NCBI GenBank assembly: GCA_964016885.1
Contig: OZ024741.1
Coordinates: forward strand, 275,838,001-275,902,000
From: Eledone cirrhosa
Lineage: Eukaryota
Length of the DNA stretch: 64,000 nt
Reading direction: 5' to 3'
In this document: in pieces, positions 37,420-51,312 of the stretch
Layout: every line of letters starts with the position of its first letter
Position numbering within the stretch: position 1 is the stretch's first letter
The notes under the pieces: model-generated
Seen by the model: the letters and a program-made list of their open reading frames with translations, nothing else
Told to the model about the DNA's origin: nothing
Database searches by the model: none
Program-made: the position numbers and the translations under genes

Positions 37420-38500
37420 TTACTTTAACTTTGACCTTATTTCAATGGGACCCTTGAGCTTCATGGAGTCTAGCAAACTCTTTGACGCCAGGCTGGATTT
37501 TCGTAAGATGCAGCTGGAGATCCCACGTGTAATTACATTATAGCGGTTGCGAGCCTTACTGTACAGTCTGTAAACAACACCAAACCTCCTCTCGACTAAG
37601 TATGAGCTTGGAAAAGGCAGAGCAAATCTCTTAGCCTCTGCATGTAGGTGTGGAAATCGACACTGAATTTCCTTTTGCATCCCAAAAAGGGGTTCACCTA
37701 TTTTGGGAAATCTAATTTTGATTATGTCATCTGCTTGAAGTTCAATGAATTCTTCCTGAAATTTAACGTTCAAATCATCAATGGTAGCTATGAAGGGATC
37801 TGATACCCACATTGGGATGCCCATCGACAAAAGGTCGACAAACCATTCTCTCATATTGTCTTGTAGCGCACGGAGGTGAGTGGTATAAATTTGGAGTTGG
37901 TCATCGCTTACAACGTTTTGAACATTGGCAACACTAGGAAAATTATAGAATTCCCGTCAACAAAGATTCCTTTCAATGACATTCAATTTGGCCAGGAATG
38001 TTTTCACAGCATTCCTTGCTTTAAGCAAGGTGATCTTCTTCCCTCGCAAAGCCAAAATGACGCTATTGCATTTGTCAAAGATGTCGGTGAGGTAGGCGCA
38101 GTCTTGCCTCACATCGAGGGTTTTCTTGTACAGTTCTGTGTTGTGTCCTCGCAGAAACTCAATGATAGAGTCGAAGAGTTCAAAGAAGTGAGTAAAGCAC
38201 TTGCCCTTTGAAAGCCACCTCACTTCAGTATGAAGGAGCAACTTGACAAATTCTTCATCATTATCTTGGCACAGTTGCCGGAAAATTCGTTCATTGAGGG
38301 AATGCCGCTTGATAAAATTGATGTCATCAATGGCCACCTGCAAGGACTTGCTCAGCGGCTCGCTGAGTTTCTTCGCAGCCAAGTGTTGTCGATGAATGAC
38401 ACAATGAACAGCAATATAGATAGATTTTCTCTCTTCAGAAGAGTGACAAAACCCTTATGTCGACTGACCATTTCTCTTGCATCGTCCATAGCACATGATA
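37420..38500 (-). pseudogene. Buster/ZBED8/SCAND3-like transposase C-terminal part, frameshifted
   Basis: HCVIHRQHLAAK, LLLHTEVRWLSKGK, AYLTDIF, PFPSSYLVER. Confidence 0.9.
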
Positions 38501-38504
38501 CAAT

Positions 38505-38830
38505 GTGTGTTGTATGTGGTCCTAGATGTATGTATTACCTGCCTGCGTGTTGTATGTAGTCCTAGATGTATGTATTACCTGCTTATGTATTGCATGTGGT
38601 CCCAGCTGTATGTATTACCTGCTTGTGTGTTGTATGTGGTCCTAGATGTGTGTATTAACTGATTATGTGTTGTATGTGGTCCTAGATGTGTGTATTACCT
38701 CCTTATGTGTTGCATTTGGTCCTAGGTGTGTGTATTACCTGCTTATGTGTTATATGTGGTCCTAGATGTGTGTATTATCTGATTATGTGTTGTATGTGGT
38801 CCTAGATGTGTGTGCTACCCACTTCTGTGT
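38505..38830. repeat. 40-bp minisatellite, about 8 copies, inside the hAT
   Basis: Unit TGTGTTGTATGTGGTCCTAGATGTGTGTATTACCTGCTTA. Confidence 0.92.
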
Positions 38831-39577
38831 TTTTTCTTTTCTTTTTTTATTTGTAATATTATTTATACAATAGGGAATCAAATAGATCTACATAGTGTTA
38901 ACTTATTACGGTTGAGTCAATAATTTCATTGTTATCGGTGAAGGAAAGATAAGATTCTAACTGGCTGCACACAAAGTGTCCTTGATCCAGTTGACTGTAG
39001 GTATTTCCCTTTTTAGGATCTCAATTGCCGGTTAATGTCTAGACACGCCTGCACACTTGCTCACAGCTGCGGTCAGACCTTAGTTATGCTGTCTGCATGC
39101 TCATTCAAATGCATTCACACTGGCTGTTTCAAAGACATACAGATATGGCTTATAAAACTTACCGAAGTAAAGAGCCTTCCAGCATCCCCTTAGCGTCCCA
39201 CCCCCCAAGCTCCAAACGCCCCCTGGAGTTCCGAAACGCCCCCCGTTGAGAACCTTTGCGCTTTAGGGCTTATACATTGCATAGGATCTCCTACAGCCAG
39301 CTAAGCCATTGTCAATGTGAGGATAGAGTGTGAAAGAAACAGTTTTAGGGCGTAAACTTCACATACAATCTAAACCCAGGTCAGTGTGCAAAAATAATGG
39401 CTTTAGGTCGAATACATCCAATAGAATATCCTATTTGTTTCTCTCCCTTTTCTCTGTGTTGACTGTTCAGCAAACACCTTTAGAAATTAGGCATATATAC
39501 ATATAAATATACACACACACTGATATATGTATGTATATATATACATATGTATATATAATAAAATATATATATATATA

Positions 39578-40311
39578 CAGCTGAGGTATCGGCTTCGCCC
39601 GGGAGAATAGTTAAGCGAAGACGGATAAAAGAGAAAACGACTGTATTGGATGTGTTGTCTGGTATGAGGTGAGACCGTAATGTGTATGTGTGTGAGTGTG
39701 TGTGGGAGAGACATAAAAAAAAAAACGATCATAAAACTTCCTTATTAGGCTGAGGGAGTAAACTGTTGATTAAATGGGAGCATTGGCCTTGGATTTTAAA
39801 TGTGCAATAACCATAGTCAGTATGATCTTTTTCAGTTCCAAAGGACGTCATCTGAAACACAGCAATATATCGCATAACATTGCTTCTGAAGTGTTTAGCT
39901 TCATTAGTACGGACTGTAAGTAGTATGTGGATAAAAGCTGGAGGGTAGATTAATTTCAAATAGTATCAGTTTTTCTTTGTTCCATAAAATCAAAGATTGT
40001 AAAACAACTTTATAAAAGCTAACGCAATATTGTTAAACCTTCCTATAGATCAAAACATCTATAGTTTAAGCCGTTTCTAAACTCTCGTGGGACTTTACTC
40101 TCTCTCTCTCTCTCTCTCTGAATATCTAATACTTTAATTGTATCTTTCTCTGTATAACGGCCTTTCTCTCTCTTTCTGCCTCTCCCTCTGTGTTTCTCTC
40201 TCTTTAGATGTGTGTGTATGTATTTGTGTGTGTGTGTGTGTGTAGTTTTCATGTGATTCGACCAACCAACCAACCAACCAATAAACATCTCTCTTTTATA
40301 TTATATATAGA
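39578..40311 (-). mobile_element. Non-autonomous Helitron candidate
   Basis: 5' TCTATATATAATATAAAAG...(TTGG)n at 40311; 3' CCCGGGCGAAGCCGATACCTCAGCTG (CTAG decayed). Confidence 0.6.
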
Positions 40312-40384
40312 TATAATAAAAATATATATATATAATAAAATAAATAGAGATGATATAAAGTATATATCTTTTGTTTATTACTAT

Positions 40385-40436
<52 letters not shown>

Positions 40437-40439
40437 AAA

Positions 40440-41735
40440 GAACACAAGAGCGTCTACAACATCAAAAGATTTTTATTGGCTTACAATGTTTCTTCCTTAT
40501 ATATATTGTTATACTTTGGGAGGGTCATGTTGCCAATAAGAAACAATGGCACCAGTTGCTTTCACTCTTATTTATTATAAATTAAATTATAAATTTAAAA
40601 AATTTATAAATTTCCAGTTGGTTGGTTCCACAACTGGACGGTTGTTCATATATTGTCAAAGTTCTTTCGTCACACATTCTGTGACCTCTTCAGTTACTGG
40701 GGATTCTTTTCTTTGTTTTTGTGCCTCTCCTTTGTTCTGTCCTACGCCATCTTGTTTTTGTGTGTGTTGTGTGCTTAGTTTGCGCATGTGTTACATCCGG
40801 GTGTCTGTGTGTGTTTTTATTTGTTTATTTATTTGTTCATTTACATGTTACTGGTTGGTCGTTTGTTCTATGTGTGTGTGTGTTTTCATTTTGTCCTTAA
40901 TTGTAAGTTGTGATGTTGCTATTCCATTCATGTTTTCTATTTAATTTTGGTTGGAGTTCATTTATGTTTATTGCCTCTGTGATTTGTCTAAACATTGCGT
41001 CTTTTCTGTGTGTAGATTTTATTTTTATTTCTATGTTCTCTAATTTTCCCTTATGTTCTATTTTAGCATGTTGGTGGAGTATTGATGATTCTTTTCTATC
41101 TTGAAGCTCTCGCCAGTGTTCATTTAATCGTTCTCCTATACTACGAGCTGTCTCACCTATGTACACTATATTTTTATCTTTACTTTGTCCTTCAGTACAT
41201 CTTATGCTATATACTATGTTTCTAGTTTTGCAGTTAATATGGGGGCTTAGTTTACAGATTATGCATTTCTTATCTATACAGGGAGGTCTTTGAAAAGGGT
41301 ATGTATTACTAATAAGTGTTTTTATAGAGGTACCTGGTCTTTCTACTATCTTAATATTTAGTTTAAGTTTATCTAGGGCCCTTCTAAATTTGTAAGCTAG
41401 TTCACCTCTAGGGGTTGTATTGATGAACATTACACTCTGGTATTTATTGCTATCATACCATGAGTTTATTCTATTAACCTTATTCCTAGTTCTTTCTATT
41501 CTATTCCAAAATTTGGTCCTATACAAGGGGCAGGTCCCATTTGTATCATTATTTACCATTTTTTCCCATTTGGTTCTGGCTCCTCTATATACTCTGATTT
41601 TATCTCTCTGATTGTAACCAGAGAACTGCATATGATGGATGAAGTGTTGTATGTGTCTCTCTAGTTCTTTGGGGTTGCACATGCGGGACACGTTTCTCAT
41701 CACCCATACTAAATCCGCAATCAGTATGTTGATTT
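40440..41735 (-). mobile_element. Penelope-like element, RT thumb + GIY-YIG endonuclease + 3' region
   Basis: ORF 40897-41820: Cys cluster, NIVYSIRC, YIGETARSIGERLNEH, RQITEA...PKLN. The first 28 or so codons come from an adjacent repeat. Short related fragment at 57865-57966. Confidence 0.88.
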
Positions 41736-41972
41736 TGGCGGGATGAGAAATAAAATAGATTGCGGGGACAGGCGGGATGGAATTGGAAAAAATGCTTTTA
41801 GATAAAAATAACAGGTCCATTCATGTTGACATCTCTTGCAAAACTGTTGGTGCTGGCGTTTTGTGTATGATTTGCTTTTTAGAAAAGTGGATGATGGCGC
41901 GCGTCTACCTGAAATGGAAAAAGAACGTTTTGTAAAAAGAGCTATACATGAGCACGTGCGTAAGCATGAGTT

Positions 41973-42032
<60 letters not shown>

Positions 42033-42049
42033 TATATGTAGAAGTTCTA

Positions 42050-42420
42050 TTTAAATTGTTGGGATACAACAAGCAAATATTTTTATAACTGATATAAAGC
42101 GCTCAACAAATTATTGGAGTAAAAATACGATATATTAACAAATGGAAACTATATTTATAAAACCATATTTATTTCATTATACATATTTCAAGGACACCAA
42201 GTTAAATTATGGTGTGCTTTCATCAGACTATCCGGGAGCTTCCAACAGAATTGGTCGCATTCTTTAAGGGTATGTCTATATTTATTTATAAAACTGATCT
42301 ATATTATATTTTATCTGATGAAAGCACACCATAATTTAAATTGGTATCCTTGAAATATGTATAATGAAATAAATATGGTTTTATAAATATAGTTTCCATT
42401 TGTTAATATATCGTATATAT
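42050..42420. mobile_element. Head-to-head pair of TA-stem III hammerhead repeats
   Basis: 42128-42226 is the reverse complement of about 42316-42414; + copy TATTTTAT-CTGATGA...CTT-GAAA-TATGTA-TA-ATGAAATA at 42308-42371. Confidence 0.75.
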
Positions 42421-42439
42421 ATATATATATATATGTGTG

Positions 42440-43212
42440 TATAAATATTTCGTATCTCGAAAATACGGTTTTAGGAATCCGTAGCTATGCAAACACGGGG
42501 GGGGGGGGGGGCTAACGCTGTCTGGTGATGTCCAGCAGAAGCAAGGGGGACAACCGTCTATGCAGTTCAGGCTTAACTGGCCTTCGTCAGTTCGGTCCGT
42601 CCCACCGCTTGCCACTGCTGGACTAGAAGACAGGCGAGAATGTATACTTTTCTCGTCTGTGTAAATGAGGTGATTAATCTCATTTGCATATGAAGCTGCA
42701 TAAGTTGGCTCAACTTATAATAAAAAAGAAATAGGATTTCGCTTCAAGCATAGCTTTATACAATATCTATAAATATTTTGTATCTCCAAAGAAATACGGT
42801 TTCAGGAAGCCGTAGCTATGCAAGCACCGGGGGGGGGGGGGGGGGCTAACGCCATCTGGTGATGTCCAGCAGAAGCAAGGGGGACAACCGTCTATGCATT
42901 TCAGACTTAACTGGCCTTCATGCAAATGAGATTAATCACCTCATTTACACGGAGGAGAAAAGTATATATTCTCGCCTGTCTTCTAGTCCAGCAGTTGCAA
43001 GCGGTGGGAGGGACCGTCCTGACGAAGGCCAGTTAAGCCTGAAATGCATAGACGGTTGTCCCCCTTGCTTCTGCTGGACATCACCAGGCGGCGTTTGTCC
43101 CCCCCCCCCCACCGGTGTTTGCATAGCTACGGCTTCCTAAAACCGTATTTCTTTGGAGATACGAAATATTTATACATATTGTATAAAGCTATACTTGAAG
43201 CGAAATCCTATT

Positions 43213-43215
<3 letters not shown>
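42440..43215. mobile_element. Three copies of a hammerhead-bearing repeat (two direct on -, one inverted on +)
   Basis: 42440-42690 and 42725-42920 are direct; 42920-43215 is inverted. Confidence 0.8.
43013..43056 (+). ncRNA. Minimal type I hammerhead ribozyme, intact core
   Basis: ACCGTC-CTGACGA-AGGC-CAGTTAA-GCCT-GAAA-TGCA-TA-GACGGT: 6-bp stem I, 4-bp stem II, palindromic ATGCAT stem III. Confidence 0.8.
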
Positions 43216-43244
<29 letters not shown>

Positions 43245-43293
43245 TCCAATTCCAACCCGCCCGTCCCCTCAATCTATCTTATTTGTCATTCTT

Positions 43294-43329
43294 TCTTCTG
43301 AGGAAGGACTAGCGCCCGAAACGTTAAGA
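43294..43329 (+). ncRNA. Minimal hammerhead motif, same family as 4035-4070
   Basis: TCTT-CTGAGGA-AGGAC-TAGC-GCCC-GAAA-CG-TT-AAGA. Confidence 0.55.
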
Positions 43330-43442
43330 CCCTCTTCCTGCTATATCAAGCGTTAACCTAAGATATCTCTTATAGTACCGATTGTGTAGTTATTTCTGTT
43401 TACCGTTTACACAGATATATATATATATATATATATATATAT

Positions 43443-43897
43443 CTAAGGCGGGTAAAATTCCCGAGATCCATGGACGAGTTCTCTCCAGCGGTCTCTGTCC
43501 CTCATTATCGCTGCCATATCCTGCATCTCCAACAGACCAGTGTCTGTCCTTAGGGCATCAACATATGTTAACCTTGGTCTTCCTCTTCTAGTGTGTCCAT
43601 GTAGGGGCTCCCAAAGGAGCACTGAGTGCAATGTCAACTCTGGATGTCGGTGAGCATGTCCAGCCAACCTCAGTCACCTCTGTGTCACTTTTGAGCTGAC
43701 TTTTGGGATGCTCCCATACAGCTCTGAGTTTTTCATCCTCAGTGTATACTGATTAATGTTCAGAGCCATCCTCAGCATTCTCGTGTAGCACCCATCCACC
43801 ATCTGAGTGAGTCTCTTGGTCAGTGTCCAAGTCTCAGACCCATACAGCAGCACAGACTCCACTACAGCAATGAAGAGGCGGATTTTCAGGTCTCTAC
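43443..43897 (-). mobile_element. RTE-like LINE 3' fragment flanked by (TA)n
   Basis: ESVLLYGSETWTLTK...DGCYTRMLR...LAGHAHRH...GRPRLTYVD. Confidence 0.85.
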
Positions 43898-43972
43898 GAA
43901 TATATATATATTAGAAAGTGAGGTTTTTTTTACAAAATGAAAAATAACCGAGGTGTCTTACACGAGTGAAAG

Positions 43973-44408
<436 letters not shown>

Positions 44409-44418
44409 AAGCAACCGT

Positions 44419-44456
<38 letters not shown>

Positions 44457-44649
44457 GTGTGTGTGTGTGCGTGTATACTTAATTTTTAAAAACGGTTGCT
44501 TAACAGTCAACACACAGAGAAGGGAGAGAAACAAATTGGAAATTAAACTGAATTGTTTCCCTTGAAATTATAATTGTTTCCCTTTATTTTAAATGTGTGT
44601 GTGGATATATGTATGCGTTGTGTTGTATATATATGTATATATATGTATG

Positions 44650-44684
<35 letters not shown>

Positions 44685-44718
44685 GTATGTGTGTATATAT
44701 ATATATATGTATATATAT

Positions 44719-44755
<37 letters not shown>

Positions 44756-44799
44756 AGTGTGTGGGTGTGTGTCTGTGTATGTTTAATGATGGAGTTATC

Positions 44800-47700
44800 G
44801 TTATTGAGATTTACAATTTTCGATTTGATTTAATTAATTTAATTTATTTTAATTTTGAAATTAGATTAATAAGTATCAACATTTGTGGCTGTCCTGGTGG
44901 CCTAGTGGGAAATCTTAGAGATGGTGTAGAATCTGCTCTGGGGTTCAATCTTGGACGCGAGATACATGTAGAAATTCCTATAAGTCTTTTTCAATTTTCC
45001 TTTTAAATCTCTTTGAAAAATATTGAAAAATATTGAAAAATGTTACTGAGAATACCAAAGTGTATTTTATTTTATTTTATTTTATTTTGTTGCTAATCTC
45101 ACCAATTATTTCCCAACTTCCCTCTGCCGTCTGCTCAATATTAAACCAAGTTATTTGAACTTCTCAACTTGTTCTAGCATCTCACCTTGGCAACCTGTGT
45201 TCATTTCTTCCTTCTGTCTAGTTGTTGCCATTACTTTTGTCATATTGATGCTGATCTCCAGACTCTATTCAATTGAAATTCAGTAAACTTTATCCAGCAG
45301 TGTTTGTAGATGTGTTGGTGAGTTTGCTATGAGCACTATGTCATCAACATACTGCAGGTCATTGATCTCTTTCCCACCAACAGTAACCTCAATTAAGTGT
45401 ATATATGATTAGAGGGTGAAAGTAATGGTTTTAAAGCATATATGTCACTTAGGATCTACTTCAATCTGCTAAACCCTATCAATTCCAAGTTAGAGGGCAA
45501 AAGAAGCGGTTGTAGGCATATACTTCCCATATGATCTCATATGGTCAGCTAAACCCATTTTAGATTGCGAAAATAAAAGCTTTTGGTCATATATGTATGA
45601 CAAGATCTCCTACGGCCTGCTAAACCCTTGTCAATGACAGATTAGAGGATAAAAGACCACTTTAAGGTATATACTTCCCATAGGATCACCTAATCCCTGA
45701 TCAAATTGAGATTAGAGGGTGATAGAAGGAGTTTTAGCCCATATACATCCCATAGAATTTCCTGTATTCGCTCTCTAACCAGGCATTCACAAAGGTTTAG
45801 CTAGCTAAACTCTTGTGAATGCCTGGTTAGAGGGCAAAAGTAAAGGCTTTAGGGCATATATGTCCCATAGGATTTTCTACAGTATGGCCAGATAAAGCCT
45901 TGTCAATGCCAGGTTAGAGGGGAAAAGAAGCAGTTTTTGGTCGTATACATCCTTCAGGATCTGGGAAGACCTAAATGATTTACAAGTTGACCCTAAAAAA
46001 AGAAATAACTTTAAGAAAGGCAAGAACTATACCACATCTTTTTGAAATTCAATTTAATTTAATCTAATTTATATTATTTTTTATATTTCATTTTATTTAT
46101 GTTATTTTGAATTAATTTGATTAATTTAATTTGATTTAATTTTGAAAGTAAGTTTATAATTATTAATTTTCAACAGATTCTTGTAGCTGGCTTGGTGGCC
46201 TAGTGGGAAATATTTTGGCAGTGGAGAACCTACTCTGGGGTTCAATCCTGGTCAAAAGACACATGTAGAAATTCCTATTAATCTGTTTCAATTTTACTTT
46301 TAAAACTCTTTGAAAAATATTGAAAAATGTTACTGAGAATACCAAAGTGTATTTATTTTATTTTATTTAGTTGCTAATCTCACCCATTATTTCCCAACTT
46401 CCTCTGCTCCCTTTTCTAGTATTGAACCAAGTTATTTGAACTTCTCCACTTGTTCTAGCATCTCACCTTGGCAACCTATGTTCATTTCTTCCTTCTGTCT
46501 AGTTGCTGCCATTACTTTTGTCTTATTGATGTTGATCTTCAGACTATATTCTCTTGAAATTCTGTAAACTTTATCCAGCAGTGTTTGTAGATGTGTTGGT
46601 GAGTTTGCAATGAGCACTATGTCTTCAACATACCACAGGTTGTTGATCTCTTTCCCACCAACAGTAACCCCAATCCAGGAGAGCATATCTACTGAATTTC
46701 TCATCATCTCCTTTGAATGACAAAGGTGACACCATCTCATATGACCAACTGAACCCATGTCAGAGTGCAAAAAAATACAGCTTTAGGTCATATTCGTACA
46801 ATAGGATCTCCTACTGTCAATGACAAATTAGAGGGTAAAAGAAGGAGTTTTAAGGTGTATACTTCACATAGGATCGCCTAATTCCTGACAAAAGTTAGGT
46901 TAGAAGGTGATTTTAAGGAATTTTAGTCCGTATACTTCCCATAACATCTCCTGTGGTCAGCTAAACCCCTGTTAATGCAAGGTTTGAGGGCGAAAGAAAC
47001 AGTTTGAGGATGTAAACTTCCTTTAGGATCACATACAGCCAGGTAAACCCTGGTCATTGCATGGATAGAGGGTGAAAGAACCAGTTGTAAGTGTATACAT
47101 CCTTTAGGATCTCCTACAGCCAGCTAAACCCCTGTCCATGTCAGGTTAGAGGGTAAAAGAATCAGATTTAAGTGAATACATTGCATAGGATCTTTTATGG
47201 CCAACTAAACCACTTGTTCCAGCCTAGCACATTGGCAACCTATGTTCATTTCTTCCTTCTGTCTAGTTGCTGCCATTACTTTTGTCTTTTTGATGTTGAT
47301 CTTCAGACTATATTCTCTTGAAATTCTGTAAACTTTATCCAGCAGTGTTTGTAGATTTGCTAGTGAGTTTGCTATGAGCACTATGTCGTCAATATGCCAC
47401 AGGTTGTTGATCTCTTTCCCACCAACAGTAACCCCGATCCAGGAGACCATATCTACTGACTTTCTCATAACCTCTTCAGAGTAAAGATTGAATACTAAAG
47501 GCAACACTAGGCACCCCTATAGAGTTCCTCTGTTTACAGTGAATCATTCTCTGAGCTCTTTTTCCACTCTCAAAGCAGTTTGTGCACATGAGTTAGTTTG
47601 CGTTAGAATCTTCTACAGCCAGCTAACCCTGGTAAATGCCTGGTTAGAGGGAGGGTGAATGTAATGGCTTTAGAGTGTATACGTCCCATAGGATCTCCTT

Positions 47701-47905
47701 CCATCAGCTAAACCCTTGTCAATGCCAGGATAGAAGGTGAAAGAAGCAATTTCAGGTCATAAACTTCCTTTAGGATCACATTATGCCAACTAAACACTGG
47801 TCCATGACTGGATAGAGGTTGAAAGAAGCAGTTTTAGGTGTATAAGTCCTGTAGGATCTCCTACAGCCAGCTAAACTCCCGCCAATGCCAGGTTAGAAGG
47901 TAAAA
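44800..47905. repeat. Second block of the 70-82 bp satellite with RT-fragment/SINE-head modules
   Basis: Same unit as 31081-36778; 45825-46710 is the reverse complement of about 32030-32915. Confidence 0.88.
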
Positions 47906-49275
47906 GAATCTATGGCAGAATTAGAGAGGAAATTTAAAAGCAGGAAGCATGACCTGGAATCAAAAGGATTTGAAGTTAACAAATCAAAGACTAAAGTCCT
48001 AGTATGTAGAAAGGAAAATAGGGCCCAAATCCTCCCAGGTAAATTGCCTTGCTCAGTGTGCAGGAAAGAAGTAGGTAAAAATTCCATCCTATATCCCAAA
48101 TGCAAGCTATGGGTACATAAATGAAGTAGTGGGATCACAGGCAGGCTATAAAAGAAGGTATGTTTCATATGTAGCCGATGCTCAGGTGCAGTAAGTAGCA
48201 AGTACCTACAAGATACTAACTCCTTCTAATGCTCGGTTTTGTAGAAATAGTCAACAGTTTCCATTACTTGGGTGACGAAATCAACAGTGGAGGAGGGTGT
48301 TACAAAAGTACAGTAGCCAGAGTAAGTCTTCCTATGTGTACAGGATGAAATAAACATCTAGAGGACATTAGTATGCGCCAAATCTTCTCCTCTCCCCCAT
48401 CCATACACCTCTTATGACTTAACATTCCAACCCCCACCAGCTAAGTACTCCACCTCAGACATACCTCTCCAATCCCTAACCTACATACATGCACCTCCCC
48501 CTCCCCCAACCCCCACCTTCCACATCTGTCACACTGCTCTTGTCCATTCTATGGATACAAGCATGGAAAGCTGGACACATTCTCCCACAATGCTCCTAAA
48601 ATGGTTAAAAGTTCTCAGTCCACTCTGTAAGGTGATCATGCTGGTGACACAACAAAATCTCCTAGTCAATCATGTAAGTTTCTCATGTTGATGACATGTC
48701 AAAAGAGTACCCCGTCCTCTCTGTAAAGAGATTGTACTGGAAACATTACAAGCATCCAGTCAACCTTGTACAGTGGGTGTGTTGGTAACATGACAGAAAG
48801 CACCCGGCCCACCCTGTTAAGTGGATGTGTTGGTGACACAACAAGAAGCACCCAGTACACCCTGTTAAGTGGTTGTGTTGGTGGTACAACAAAAAGCACC
48901 CAGCCAACTCTGTTAAGTGGTTGTGTTGGTGACACAACAAAAAGAACCCAGCCCACCCTGTTAAGTGGTTGTGCTGGTGACACAACAAAAAGCATCCGGT
49001 CCAAACTGTAAGATAGTTGTGCTTGTGACACAATGGAAAAGTACCCAATCCATTCTATCAGCTAGTTATTTTGGTGCCATGATAAAAAGCCCCCAGTCCA
49101 TGCTGTAAATGTGGTTGGGATTAGGAAGGGCATGCAGCCATAGAAATCTAACCAGAAACAGTTCTGTGTGAGCAAGACAATATTCTCCTAATCTTACTTG
49201 TCTCACAGTGGGACAACTTATTTAACCCATGCTAACGTGGAAGATAAACCTTAAATGGTGGTGGTGATGATGATG
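47906..49275 (+). mobile_element. Old RTE copy, 3' half, with expanded 48-bp 3' UTR array (48620-49110)
   Basis: Starts ESMAELERKF...KTKVLVC...CSVCRK; deleted C-terminus; tail TTAGGAAGGGCATG...(GAT)n. Confidence 0.8.
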
Positions 49276-49279
49276 ATAA

Positions 49280-49860
49280 TTTCTATTGCGTTTTTGTTAC
49301 TTTACTACCGAGGACCGTTCTGTGTCCCTTGTGTATATGCTGTGTTGTTTTTGTTGTTATTTCTATTGTATTGAGAGTACCCTCCATTATGTATGTGTGG
49401 AGGGCCTAGTAATGCTATTTTCTGAATGCTCTATATGTTTCTAAGTCCTGGGGTTTTGGTCATGTATCTGTGAGTGATTTTTGTTTTTTTTTATCATTCC
49501 CAGAGCACCTATTATATATATATATATATATTATTACTGTTATCATCATCGATATACAGCTTAATTCTATCTCTAGATCTTTATATTTGGATATCTTCAC
49601 AATTTCCTTGATGGATATATTGTCATCTGTGGGAATGGATATGTCAATTAAGAGGCATTTTATTTTCCTCTGTGAGGTCGTTGACTATGATATCTGATTG
49701 GTTAGCTTTATTCAGCTTGTCTGTGTATTGGTGTATACCAGAGTATGGTTGCTTTGTCATTCTCTGACACCTTTTTCTCATGTGTATCATCTTTTATCTG
49801 GTGGTATTTCATAGTGTTGGCATAACTTCCAGTGTATGTAACTCCCAACTCTATCATGTC
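49280..49860 (-). mobile_element. R4/Dong-clade non-LTR retrotransposon C-terminal remnant
   Basis: Minus strand HDRVGSYIHWKLCQHY...ENDKATILW...KANQSDII...CLLIDISIPTDDN...KYKDLEIE, later IQKIALLG; frameshifts. Confidence 0.7.
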
Positions 49861-49983
49861 TGGTTATATATATGTATATACATACATATATATAGAAATC
49901 AAGCCAGAATCAGTTCCCGTCCCACCCTTGGAAGCAGGGAAAAGCGAATGTAAAATGATGATGATGATGATGATATATATATA

Positions 49984-51290
49984 CAGGGTGTGGACGATAT
50001 TTGTTCGCAATTTTCAACTGCTAATTTTATGCAAATTTTTTTACTTCCGTTGTCACTCTTGTCTTCATAAAAACAGTGACTATATTTCCATTATTTATTT
50101 TCAGAATAATTGATTATGAATAATTTTGAACCTCCAAATTTGTGGAAGAGACACTAAATTCTTCTTGGAATCCGTGCCGGGAGGACAAATAAGGAAATTT
50201 CAGACTTTCTCAGCGTCAGCAGGAGAATGGTGGAAAAGGTAAGAAAGGAATTGGAAGATTCAGGATTCGACTACGAAGCAACATCAGAGAGGAAAACACA
50301 TGATCGACGATCTGATGCCTTCAGAACGCCCGAGTTCGTCGCTGAAATTCAGGATATCATCAACAATGAACCTAGCAAGTCGATGCGTGCCATTGCAAGG
50401 GAGAAAGGCGTGGATGAAAAGCTCATTAGGCTGGTGGTACATGAAGACATTCGCTACGTTTCATACAAGATGAGGAAAGGACAATTTCCATCAAAGGCGA
50501 TGCAAGAAAAGTGACTGAAGCATGCAAAGAAGCTGATCAACAGGTTGAAATACCCACTGGAGCAAGACATTCTGTGGTTTTTCTCCAACGAGAAAAACTT
50601 CTGCCAAGACCAGAAGATCAACTCCCAGAACAACAGGTGGCTCGCTGTCTCATCCAAAGACGTGCCCAGAGTCATGCAGACAAAGTTTCCAGCGACAACA
50701 TTGGTCTTAGGTGTCGTCAGCAGTCAAGGTGACGTCATGCCACCTCACTTCTTCACTGAGGGCCTCAAGCTGAACACCGATGGCTACATCCGCGTTCTGA
50801 GCGAGTAAGTAAAGCTCTGGATCGACCAGGTAGCTGTAGGTAGGCCGTACATGTTGCAGCAAGACTCAGCGCCCTGCCATACTAGCCGAAAGACCCAAGC
50901 CTGGCTGTCAGAGAACATCGTCGACCTACACTTCACCTGACATCTGGCCTCCCAGCTCGCCTGACTGCAACCCTCTCTACTTTTTTGTGTGAGGCGCAGT
51001 GGAACAAGACACCAACAGATCTAGCTGCAATACGAAAGATGATCTGAAGGCCAGGATCACAAGTGCCTTTAGGGGCCTAAATCGGGGGACAGTAACGAAG
51101 GCCTGTAGCCAGTTCTGAGGCCACCTTGAGGCCGTCATCAAAGCCAATGGCAGGTTTATTGAGTGAAATCAAAAGAACAAGTCATGAAGACAAACTGACC
51201 CAAGTTTGATAAATATATCTTAAAAAATAAAACTATTGTGTTATTTTTTCCTAGACAGTAATCTTGCGAACAAATATCGTCTGCACCCTG
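49984..51290 (+). mobile_element. Tc1/mariner transposon, DD37D (maT-like), full length, transposase disrupted
   Basis: TIRs CAGGGTG(TG/CA)GACGATATTTGTTCGCAA with TA on both sides; motifs FFSNEK, QQDSAPCH, WPPSSPDCNPL; several stops. DD37D spacing estimated across a frameshift. Confidence 0.9.
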
Positions 51291-51312
51291 TATATACATA
51301 CATATATATATA

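Larger units (their letters stand above)
36779..39260 (-). mobile_element. hAT (Buster/Charlie-type) DNA transposon, internally deleted
   Basis: TIRs CACAGGTACTCAAC / GTTGAGAACCTTTG; 8-bp TSD CTTTAGGG (36771-36778, 39261-39268) with central TA; subterminal AAACGCCCCC motifs at both ends. Confidence 0.85.
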
